Source: Akkermansiaceae bacterium
GTDB taxonomy: Bacteria > Verrucomicrobiota > Verrucomicrobiia > Verrucomicrobiales > Akkermansiaceae
Reading direction: 5' to 3'
DNA length: 64,000 nucleotides
NCBI GenBank assembly: GCA_051251915.1
Contig: JBPOGF010000009.1
Span: 1 to 64,000 of the forward strand
Translations under genes and position numbers: made by a program
The notes under the pieces: model-generated
What the model was told of the DNA's origin: nothing
Databases searched by the model: none
What the model saw: only the letters and a program-made list of their open reading frames with translations
Shown here: piece by piece, positions 50,201 through 57,887 of the stretch
How the letters are laid out: each line of letters begins with the position of its first letter
Numbering within the stretch: position 1 is the stretch's first letter

Positions 50201-50407
50201 ACCGCCTTCTCCGCCGGCCTAGCTCTCATCCCACTCGTCCTCGCTCAAGGAGAATCTGGAAAAGAAATCCTCAGCCCAGTAGCCATAGCCATCACCGGAG
50301 GCCTCATCTCAAGCACCATTCTCGGCCTCGCGATCACCCCCGCCGTATTCTATCTCTTCGGAAGAAAAGCCTGCCACCGCGCACTCAAAAGAAAACTCAA
50401 TCTCTAA
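47267..50407 (+). CDS. Heavy-metal efflux RND permease (CusA/CzcA family)
   Basis: Contains LPVEVLPDL, PEEVE..VTIPLE, NSMTLGGLAVAIGIVVDDAIVDVEN and ERLLPVLMTA; start set at MLDFF. Confidence 0.95.
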   Translation: MLDFFIKKSLHNRLLVLTVALSVMAWGAYQLTQLPVEVLPDLTKPRVTIMTEVPGKAPEEVENQVTIPLERAVNGIQGVTRIQSTTDVGLSLIFVEFDWGTDIYQARQFVQERIRTVNLEKGVDPYLTPVASLMGEVMLIGVTSPDSTVSPPDLRTFTDWELTKRIQKISGVAESLSMGGGIQQIQIQPLPEKMLAYGISANEINAAAKQAASTTTGGYITSRSQEQMIRVLAMTTDLSEIKKTVVKKVHDRTYTLADVANVTWGIEPQRGEAGVNAHPGVVLSIVKSPGIDTRKLTSEIETAMAEMSEQLKLEGRDIQLTPLFRQASFIDAAMHNLEEAILDGGLWVIAVLCIFLFSIRAPLASLLTTLITLTAIPLSFAVTIIIFTLMDISVNSMTLGGLAVAIGIVVDDAIVDVENVLRRLKENASKERANRKPRLEVIAKASGEVRNSILYATIFIILVFVPLLALSGVAGRLFTPIAIATITSMIASFVVSLTVIPVLCSIFLRPRENVEHKDGIIIGSLKKVLELTFMKAALRVPTLTIALGLILLTFCVMKFNAMPKEFLPNFKEETLIVAMTTAPGTSLSTTHELALMVDKIILSVDGVKTVGHRAGRAERGDHVVPVSTVEFDIELDEDNKRGRNQIEKELGDKMRQVPGTFAAISGPLTDRMGHMLSGVPAKVAIKISGRDMNELSTIGNQIQALCKQIPGLEEARMDQQAQISQLQIIFDRSRGEVYGINAKSFNDQIHNLLNGEYLLELTKEERTINLVSRLAEETRQSLKKMKNLYLETNSGGQIQLYQVANIIQAKGPNVIKREQGERIFVVSVNPTVRDLPRVVGQLDRRIQEEFPIRKHMISIEGEYIAQQEAAQKITIWSIIILLVVTVLLFSYFGSMNFALQVITDIPLSLMGAVLLTSYMDVPISIASLVGFIAVAGISARNSIMLISHYIMLMKDEGIPFGKKLIIQGTQERLLPVLMTAFSAGLALIPLVLAQGESGKEILSPVAIAITGGLISSTILGLAITPAVFYLFGRKACHRALKRKLNL

Positions 50408-50449
50408 CCAAAAACAACAAACAACCAAACAAATAGATAAACAAAAAAT

Positions 50450-51064
50450 ATGAAACTAACAAACATACTAAAAATAACAGCCATCGGACTCACCACCCTC
50501 ATCGCATCATGCGGAGACAAAAAAGACGACCACGCAGGTCACAACCACGCTCTAGGCGAACACGATGACCACGCAGGACACGACCACGCCCCAGGTGAAC
50601 ACGATGACCACGACCACGCAGGCCACGATCACGGCGACCCCACCCAAGACCACACCAACTGCTCAGTAGTTGTAGGACCCAACGGCGGACGCATGATCGA
50701 AGACCACGCAGAGCTAAACCTCACCGATCAAGGCGAACTCACACTAGTCTTCGTCAAAGCACCAGCTGAAGGAACCCAAGTAGCACTACTCCTCGACTCT
50801 CAGCCACTAGAACTCACCCAAGATGGCAACACCTACACCTCAACAACTATAGCGGACAAACTCCCAGCAGAAGTCCACGTCAGCATCAAAAGCGCAGACG
50901 ACAAACACGTTGAAGTCATCAAAGTAGAAGCTGGCGAATGCACCAAATGCAACAACGCCAAACTTGCCTGCACCTGCAACAACCACGCCCATGACGAAGA
51001 AGGTCACGAAGGCCACGATCACGGTACAGATAGCCATGACGACCACGAAGGCCACGACCACTAA
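50450..51064 (+). CDS. His-rich metal-binding lipoprotein
   Basis: Lipobox IASC; repeated DDHAGHDH units; GPNGGR; CxxC-x6-CxC; His-rich tail. Confidence 0.85.
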   Translation: MKLTNILKITAIGLTTLIASCGDKKDDHAGHNHALGEHDDHAGHDHAPGEHDDHDHAGHDHGDPTQDHTNCSVVVGPNGGRMIEDHAELNLTDQGELTLVFVKAPAEGTQVALLLDSQPLELTQDGNTYTSTTIADKLPAEVHVSIKSADDKHVEVIKVEAGECTKCNNAKLACTCNNHAHDEEGHEGHDHGTDSHDDHEGHDH

Positions 51065-51084
51065 TCCCCACTAGCAGCACTAAT

Positions 51085-51120
51085 AAACCCACACCCTGTT
51101 CCAGCAGCGTGTGGGTTTTT
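51085..51120 (+). terminator. Intrinsic terminator of the metal efflux operon
   Basis: AAACCCACAC...GTGTGGGTTT followed by TT. Confidence 0.8.
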
Positions 51121-51303
51121 CATTTCCTTACCTCCCACAAAGAGGCTCAAGATCACATATCTAACAAATCCGACAGAACCTTTTTCGAAGTAGTATTATA
51201 TCATGTTTTACTTCTTGCCGTATTGGCATTTTGCTTCACCATGTAAGATCTCTACTTAACATATTTATAATAAGTATAAACCCACACGCTATAAACCCAC
51301 ACC

Positions 51304-51984
51304 ATGAACAAACTACTCATCACCCTGACCCTAACTCTTCTCACCTCCATCTCTCTCCATGCTCAGACCATCCGAGTATTAGCTTGGGATCAAAATATTG
51401 CCAAACGCAAATTATCTATCGCTCACGAGCAGAAATCGCAACCCATTAAAGGAATGCACCACCTAGCTCGCTCTAAAGCAATCACGCTCCCCGCAGAATC
51501 ACAAAAACTCCGAGTAGTATCAAAAGACCGTCTCGCAAAAGACGGCAAACCACTATCAATAGCTCTTACCATACCCGAAGCCATTCAGCAGCCCTTACTA
51601 ATCATCCTCCCCGATGAAGAAGCACCCATTGGCATCAAAACAATGGTCGTTGACGACAGCACCAAGACCTTCACCTGGGGAACCCTACTTTTTATCAATT
51701 CCACTGAGGAAAACCTCAACTTCAAATATGAAGAAAAAAATGAACCCATTCCCAATGACTTGAAACCAACCCTCATCAACCCGGGTGGGAAAACTCGCAA
51801 CATGGGAGTTTCCATAACCTCACAAGAAAACCCCGATAACTCAACACTCTACACCGCCATCTGGAAACAAAATAAAGACCTACGCCAACTAATTATCATA
51901 CTCCCAGCCATCAACGAAACCAGCGCCCGACTAAATCTTAAGTTCATCACTCAAAACAAAGCAGCCGTTACGATAGAAAAATAA
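51304..51984 (+). CDS. Exported hypothetical protein
   Basis: Signal peptide (LHA|Q); beta-rich body. Confidence 0.75.
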   Translation: MNKLLITLTLTLLTSISLHAQTIRVLAWDQNIAKRKLSIAHEQKSQPIKGMHHLARSKAITLPAESQKLRVVSKDRLAKDGKPLSIALTIPEAIQQPLLIILPDEEAPIGIKTMVVDDSTKTFTWGTLLFINSTEENLNFKYEEKNEPIPNDLKPTLINPGGKTRNMGVSITSQENPDNSTLYTAIWKQNKDLRQLIIILPAINETSARLNLKFITQNKAAVTIEK

Positions 51985-52031
51985 CTAAACTCAAAGCAAC
52001 ATCTCGTAATAAACACAACATATCTTAAAAC

Positions 52032-52067
52032 AAACTACCTCTCTACTCTAAAGTAGAGAGGTAGTTT
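52032..52067. terminator. Perfect 16-bp inverted repeat, probable bidirectional terminator
   Basis: AAACTACCTCTCTACT-CTAA-AGTAGAGAGGTAGTTT between convergent genes. Confidence 0.75.
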
Positions 52068-52150
52068 TAGCTTCAGATTCGCTTTTTTACCTTAAATTCA
52101 GCATTAAGTGCTTTAATCTGTAATTTAAGGTGCGAGACCAAGCACAAGGA

Positions 52151-52957
52151 CTAACGACGTCTGTATACGAGTGTAGCTAATCCTCCAAGAGAGAGTAGTA
52201 AAGCTGAGCTAGGCTCAGGAACAGTACCAATCTCTGTAGCGAAAACCAGATCTTGATATCCTGGATTTCCAATGCTCTCTAGTGCATAGACATCCCATTT
52301 TTGAGATTCATAATCAGCTGTAATTGAGGATAACTCATTCAACCAAGACTGAGCCAAATCTATGCCATTTTTTTGTGTATTATTACCGTCACTTTGACGA
52401 CCAATATAGAAAGCCCCTGATGTATCAGAAAGACTAAGATCCCCATCATGTGAGATCTCCCAAATAGCAAGTTGGAATGCTTGTGCTAGAGGGCTTCTGT
52501 CAGAATAACCCCACTCAGATAAATCATCCGACTGGTAGTATTTATCAAACAAGGCCCTTACACGAGCAGCAGCCAAGTCACCAATTCCACCAGCAGGTAT
52601 TTCACTTGTAGCAGTTCCTCCTACACCAGCTCTCCCTGATGATATGCCCTCTAAGCTCTCGAAATCATAAGTGAAGTTTCCTTCAGCTATGGTTTCACCA
52701 ATCTCTATACAGAACGCGGCAAACTGGTTTTCAAAAGAAACTGACTCACCACCGATTTGGTTAATCTCAATTTCAAAAGCGCTAACCTCTATGTTAAGTG
52801 AACTTGCATCACCAGCACTGATATTACGGTAAGATGCACCACTACTAGAAGCATAACTTAAATCGAAGTTTACTGACTGCGCATTAAGACCACTAGAGAC
52901 ACATAACGAAGATAGCACGGATGCTAATATTACTTTAGTATTGTTTATTATTTTCAT
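52151..52957 (-). CDS. PEP-CTERM surface protein with thioester-domain-like motifs
   Basis: Signal peptide; FCIE, AFQLAIWE and YQDLV; C-terminal VPEPSS-TM-RRR. Confidence 0.9.
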   Translation of the reverse strand: MKIINNTKVILASVLSSLCVSSGLNAQSVNFDLSYASSSGASYRNISAGDASSLNIEVSAFEIEINQIGGESVSFENQFAAFCIEIGETIAEGNFTYDFESLEGISSGRAGVGGTATSEIPAGGIGDLAAARVRALFDKYYQSDDLSEWGYSDRSPLAQAFQLAIWEISHDGDLSLSDTSGAFYIGRQSDGNNTQKNGIDLAQSWLNELSSITADYESQKWDVYALESIGNPGYQDLVFATEIGTVPEPSSALLLSLGGLATLVYRRR

Positions 52958-53419
52958 ATAGTTTTATATTTAGTTCGGGAATGAACTGGAAATACTAAGC
53001 ATACTACTGACATCAATAAATTTCGGGATAACCGTATAAAAAAGCTCTCTGATTAACTACCTACGTTGATAATGTGAATTATAAATAATCAACATAAATT
53101 AACTTAAATGCACTCTAGAGCACGATATTATATAAAAAACACCTTCAATATGAAGAAAACAAACATATCAATAGATATTTACAATAAAGCGAAGTGATCC
53201 TAATCCCCCCCGCATTTACTCAACATTAATTAAAAAAACTAAGACTATCCAGCCTCTGAAGTAGACCACTCCACTCAAATCCTCTCGTATCTCAGCAACC
53301 TCTTGCAGACGTAAAGCATGCATCATATGGTTAGAATATCCTCTACTATGCTCTCTATTTACTAGAGATTAATACAACAATATTTCTTTACCCGCTCTGG
53401 CTATTTTTGGCGTCTTTTC

Positions 53420-53955
53420 TCCTGACACATTCCTGTTTCGTCAACCCAATGGATCTCAGTTTCCTCCTACTTCGCGTTGTGCTCAATGGTTGCATACTCC
53501 TCGTCCAGCCATTTTTGAACACCTTCGAGCATCCTTCATAGAAACATTTCACTGCTTTCTGGAGGCTAAATATCCAGATCTTAAGATAATGACCTAACGT
53601 GCGCACCGACATTTCAATTTGAAACAAAGATGCTTTTAGCTGCTACACATGCTATACCATTCTGTAACCTGTTAGCTTGTTTCGGTTTACGCAGACCACA
53701 CCTGCAATCTCAACAAAACTCATCCCTTTCTTCCTCAGTTTAGACCCTTTTCCAAAAATTCGCTCGGTTAGATTCGGCAATAGAATTTCCTAGATCAAGG
53801 CGCTATGAGACTGTGATGTGGGCATCTCAGTCGAAGAGTAACGCAGAGATTGGAAATTCTTATCTAAAGATAGGCGAACAGACTTTTGGAAATGGGTCTA
53901 ATGGCCTGCTTATGCCGCTCTTCAAGCTGGGGAGGAGATAGACTTCCTGCACCTT
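53420..53955 (-). pseudogene. IS630-family transposase relic (internal deletion, frameshift, stop, MITE insertion)
   Basis: Fragments SLSPPQLEERHKQAI|KLRKKGMSFVEIAGVV, MSVRTLGHYLKIW.FS.QKAVK and WLDEEYATIEHNAK*EETEIHWVDETG; ends approximate. Confidence 0.8.
53743..53898. mobile_element. MITE, 156 bp, with terminal inverted repeats and TA target duplication
   Basis: GACCCTTTTCCAAAAAT ... ACTTTTGGAAATGGGTC flanked by TA on both sides; excision restores the IS630 reading frame. Confidence 0.85.
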
Positions 53956-54072
53956 TTATTTTATAGGTTTTTAAAGCAGTAATCATGCGACATTAAACCT
54001 GCCTCATTAATAACGGAGTTTTTTTGTTAAATGAAAAGCACGTAGCCATACCTCCTGAACCCCTAAGCCAAA

Positions 54073-54366
54073 TTAATTCACACTAGATTGCATCTGTGTA
54101 GCTGACAATGCATTCGCAAAAAGAACAACCCGTTCACCATCCTCAGCCTTCAAATGATATTGCCCATCATACCATTGCGTCTTGCTATCAAACTTCAACC
54201 AATAGCAATCCAGCTCTTCTCCTTCACTCGTCTTAAATGAAGGTAAGCGCTCCACTTCCTCTAGCATCCATTCACCGAGTTGATTTCCCTCCTGATCGTA
54301 TATTTCAAACTTCTGCTCCAATTTCGTTTCAAACCAAGCACACAACCGTCTCATTTCATTATCCAT
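54073..54366 (-). CDS. DUF6916-like small protein associated with tail-collar clusters
   Basis: F....F.I......L.EV..L......Y.L.F......GQYHL....G..VLF pattern; divergent from the tail-collar trio; start uncertain (54354/54366/54396). Confidence 0.6.
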   Translation of the reverse strand: MDNEMRRLCAWFETKLEQKFEIYDQEGNQLGEWMLEEVERLPSFKTSEGEELDCYWLKFDSKTQWYDGQYHLKAEDGERVVLFANALSATQMQSSVN

Positions 54367-54528
54367 AACTAATGCAATTACCATTATAGACCTCATCTCA
54401 AAAGAATTAAATCCATCCTATTAATATGCTCTATATACTAAATATATAACTGATTACACCAAAACTATTCTCCAAATCGCCACTATCACATCCAGATTTA
54501 CTTTGACATGATCCCCACCACATGACGT

Positions 54529-54552
54529 AATATAATCATTAATGATTATATT
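54529..54552. promoter_or_regulatory. Perfect 24-bp palindrome, candidate operator
   Basis: AATATAATCATT|AATGATTATATT, 43 nt upstream of the first tail-collar gene; contains TATAAT; TTGACA at 54503. Confidence 0.6.
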
Positions 54553-54595
54553 CATCAAATAACTCAACATCACATAACCCTAAATCACTACTACT

Positions 54596-55111
54596 ATGGC
54601 TGAACCGTTCATTGGACAAGTTAAAATTTTTGCTGGTAATTTTGCACCACAAGGATGGGCTTTTTGCGAAGGTCAACTCCTTGCCATTTCATCTCACGAC
54701 GCTCTCTTTTCATTATTAGGCACGAACTATGGAGGTGATGGCAGAACTACCTTTGGTCTACCAGACCTCAGGGGAAGGTGCGCAGTTGGAACAGACGGTT
54801 CTGACGTAGGCACTAATTATGGATCACCTACCTTCAACCTAAATAGCGCTAATTTACCTCCACACACTCACTCTATTGGTGAAATCGACATGGATATTGT
54901 CGCCGATGATGGGCCAAACACCACCCCAGGAGGGCGTTATTTAAGTAATACAGATCCTGAAACATACACTGATAGCACCAACACCACAATGCCCCTTGAT
55001 ACTGGAAACACTGGATCAACGGGCAATTCAACAGCCATATCCCATCGCCAGCCTTATCTAGGCATATCATACATCATTGCCCTAGTTGGCATTTATCCTT
55101 CCAGCTTCTAA
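54596..55111 (+). CDS. Phage tail-collar domain protein 1 (MdpB-like)
   Basis: EPFIGQV.IFAGNFAP.GWAFCEGQLL...ALFSLLGT.YGGDGRTTFGLPDLRGR; LPPHTH; QPYL..YIIAL.GIYPS. Confidence 0.93.
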   Translation: MAEPFIGQVKIFAGNFAPQGWAFCEGQLLAISSHDALFSLLGTNYGGDGRTTFGLPDLRGRCAVGTDGSDVGTNYGSPTFNLNSANLPPHTHSIGEIDMDIVADDGPNTTPGGRYLSNTDPETYTDSTNTTMPLDTGNTGSTGNSTAISHRQPYLGISYIIALVGIYPSSF

Positions 55112-55140
55112 CCATTCAAATCTAACAACAAACACACATT

Positions 55141-55683
55141 ATGGCAGATCCATTTTTAGCTGAAGTATCGATCTTCGCAGGGAATTTCGCACCACGAGGT
55201 TGGGCTTTTTGTGAAGGCCAACTTCTTCAGATCGCTCAAAACACCGCACTTTTTTCACTATTAGGTACTATCTATGGAGGTGATGGTAGAGTTACTTTTG
55301 GATTACCCGACTTAAAAGGCCGCACCCCCATAGGTCAAGGCACAGGCCCCGGGCTATCTAACATCCGCATGGGTGAAAAAGGAGGAGTTCCAACATACAC
55401 CATCAGCGCACAAAACTTGCCAAATCACGTTCATGCCCTAGGGCCCATGCATTTACCTGTTTCTACGGATCTCGCAGATAGCCAAGATGTCGAAGATGGT
55501 TATCTAGCTGAAACAGAACATAATCACTACCACAGTGAGACTAATTCCAGCATCCTAATCAACACACCAACCGACACGGGTTCAACAGGTCACGAAACCC
55601 CAGCTACTATCAACACCTACCAACCCTCTTTAGCTGTAAACTATATCATCGCCACAGTGGGAACCTATCCATCTAGATCATAA
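55141..55683 (+). CDS. Phage tail-collar domain protein 2
   Basis: Same collar motif; LPNHVH; QPSLAVNYIIA..GTYPSR. Confidence 0.93.
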   Translation: MADPFLAEVSIFAGNFAPRGWAFCEGQLLQIAQNTALFSLLGTIYGGDGRVTFGLPDLKGRTPIGQGTGPGLSNIRMGEKGGVPTYTISAQNLPNHVHALGPMHLPVSTDLADSQDVEDGYLAETEHNHYHSETNSSILINTPTDTGSTGHETPATINTYQPSLAVNYIIATVGTYPSRS

Positions 55684-55707
55684 ACCAAATTTCAACTCAC
55701 ACTCATT

Positions 55708-56244
55708 ATGTCAGAACCATTTTTAGGACAAATCCTTACCTTTGCAGGAAACTATACACCTAGTGGCTACGCCAGCTGTGATGGCCAACTACTCCCCATA
55801 AACACAAACCAAGCGCTCTTCTCGATTCTGGGAACAATATACGGAGGTGACGGAAGGACCACATTTGGCTTACCCAACTTAAATGGCCGCACCCCTATCC
55901 ATCCAGGCACAGGCGCAGGACTATCCACCTTTAGTTTAGGTCAAGAAACAGGCACCGAAGAGCACACTCTAACGCAAAACCATATTCCGCAGCATACACA
56001 TGCTATAGGAGAAGTAAAGCTCCCTACTTCAGACACAGCCGCTACCCTTAAAAGCCCTACTGATAATTACCCAGCACAACCGCCAACGTTCGCCTATGGC
56101 GACGCTACCGATGCTAAAGCTGCTATAATCTCTCCAGCAGCCACAAACTCCACAGGATCAGCCATCCCCATTGACAACAGGAAACCTACCCTGACACTTA
56201 AATACGCCATCGCCGTAACCGGGCTTTTCCCATCTAGGAACTGA
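55708..56244 (+). CDS. Phage tail-collar domain protein 3
   Basis: Same collar motif; IPQHTH; YAIAVTGLFPSRN. Confidence 0.93.
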   Translation: MSEPFLGQILTFAGNYTPSGYASCDGQLLPINTNQALFSILGTIYGGDGRTTFGLPNLNGRTPIHPGTGAGLSTFSLGQETGTEEHTLTQNHIPQHTHAIGEVKLPTSDTAATLKSPTDNYPAQPPTFAYGDATDAKAAIISPAATNSTGSAIPIDNRKPTLTLKYAIAVTGLFPSRN

Positions 56245-56723
56245 TGCCCCACACCTCAGTTATACTCAGACCACAAACTGACAACGATCAGACCTATCTT
56301 TTTAATTTATTCACCGAGACACACACCAAGAAACTCCAACTCAACACACTACCTGCCGACATCATAGAAACACTTCTAAAGCAACAATTCCGCGCTCAAA
56401 CTACTGGTTATCTATCTACTTTTCCTGATGCCCAGTTCCTTATGATAGAGCAAAACAACCAAGCTATCGGAAGACTAGTAATCTCAGAGAATAGAGACAC
56501 AACACACATCATAGACATCGCCATCTCAGAAGAAAATCAAGGACAAGCAATAGGTTCTAATCTGATTAAATCCATCATCAAAAAAGCCTCTACCAATCAA
56601 AAATCAGTCACCCTGGACGTCGATGAATTCACAGGCCCTGTCGCTCTCTACAAGAAACTAGGATTCAAAGCCATCAACATCAACGCAGGATCGATCACCA
56701 TGCAACACAGCGCTTCAGCTTGA
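56244..56723 (+). CDS. GNAT-family acetyltransferase
   Basis: Contains IGRL, IIDIAI...QGQAIGS.LI and ALYKKLGF; TGATG overlap with collar gene 3. Confidence 0.9.
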   Translation: MPHTSVILRPQTDNDQTYLFNLFTETHTKKLQLNTLPADIIETLLKQQFRAQTTGYLSTFPDAQFLMIEQNNQAIGRLVISENRDTTHIIDIAISEENQGQAIGSNLIKSIIKKASTNQKSVTLDVDEFTGPVALYKKLGFKAININAGSITMQHSASA

Positions 56724-56755
56724 GCCCAACAATAATCACCTAAAACCAAGATACC

Positions 56756-57856
56756 ATGAACTACTCACGACGCCAATTCCAGCTTGTCAGCCTAACCGCA
56801 GCAGCCAGTGCAGCCTTCTCAACCATCAGCACTGCGGCAACAGAAATAGAGGAAGTTGAACAACTAAAGCGCAGAGATGTTCAAGCTGGACTCCAGCGCG
56901 GAATCAACTTCACCGGAGCGGTGCGAGAGATTCTAGCTTATGTCCAGCAGTATAGTATCGAGCAAACCCTGCTCGGTGGTTGCGTTCTCAGCCTTGCTGC
57001 AGAACAAACTGCTGATTCAGTACATATCCTAATAATGGCTGACCCCATAAAAGTAGCCACAGCAATGGCAAACACTAGCATTGAAGGTATGGAGTCAATC
57101 AACGGGAACTCATTAGCATTTGAATACAATGGTCAACAATTCTTCATCGAGCACCTCAGTGAAGAACTCTATAATAAGCGACTAGAAAATCTAGTTCCCG
57201 GCTCTTCAGACAATGACTTCTACATTGAATACGCACACCAACTTTTAACCTACAACGTCCAATCTAGACGCCACCGTGATGCTCACGGCGCAATAGGCAA
57301 CTCCTCAGACATAGAACTAAAAAGAGTCAACCCTGCTAAAGATTCTTCTAGCGTAGTAAAAACCATGGTTGAATCTAGTCGCCTCGGTATAGCATTACCT
57401 AGAGATGAACAAAACATCATAGACGACACACTCTCAAACGGTCTGCAAAACTCCGAAAACTCAGTAGCAGCCACTGAGAACTTCCTCAGCCAACTATCGC
57501 AATTCACTCAGTACCACGATGAAAAAAATACGAGTCGCCTACTGAACTCAAAACTCGCAGAAGACACCTTAGGTGATATTCTAGGCTGTGACACCAAGAA
57601 ACTGGACAGAACCTTCTACAAAATAAAACGAAAAACTCAAAGAAATACTCCCCACAGCGAAATCTGGTTAAGTGCTATCCAGTGCCTAGAGAACACAGAA
57701 GAAAGTCACTGCAACGAGGCTCTAACTCTCCTGCATAATAGTCAATCAGGATACTCATTATTAAAAACCAAGCAAGACACACAGAATAGCTCCAAGCTCA
57801 TCGAATTAAAAGGCGTCAACAATCTACATATCAAAATCGACCGACGAGGCCATTAA
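56756..57856 (+). CDS. Tat-signal hypothetical protein, possible degenerate CCA/poly(A)-polymerase head fold
   Basis: SRRQF twin-arginine signal; LLGGCV and LTYN...DAHG..G patterns. Confidence 0.6.
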   Translation: MNYSRRQFQLVSLTAAASAAFSTISTAATEIEEVEQLKRRDVQAGLQRGINFTGAVREILAYVQQYSIEQTLLGGCVLSLAAEQTADSVHILIMADPIKVATAMANTSIEGMESINGNSLAFEYNGQQFFIEHLSEELYNKRLENLVPGSSDNDFYIEYAHQLLTYNVQSRRHRDAHGAIGNSSDIELKRVNPAKDSSSVVKTMVESSRLGIALPRDEQNIIDDTLSNGLQNSENSVAATENFLSQLSQFTQYHDEKNTSRLLNSKLAEDTLGDILGCDTKKLDRTFYKIKRKTQRNTPHSEIWLSAIQCLENTEESHCNEALTLLHNSQSGYSLLKTKQDTQNSSKLIELKGVNNLHIKIDRRGH

Positions 57857-57887
57857 CAATACTAACTTAAATATTCTAACACAACTC

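Noticed and set aside
53388..53627. 79-aa ORF as an intact gene
   Set aside because: It is a frameshifted piece of the IS630 relic; similarity continues in another frame through a stop codon.
54596..56244. Prophage or tailocin
   Set aside because: No terminase, capsid, sheath, tube, baseplate, lysis or integrase genes nearby; only collar-domain paralogues.
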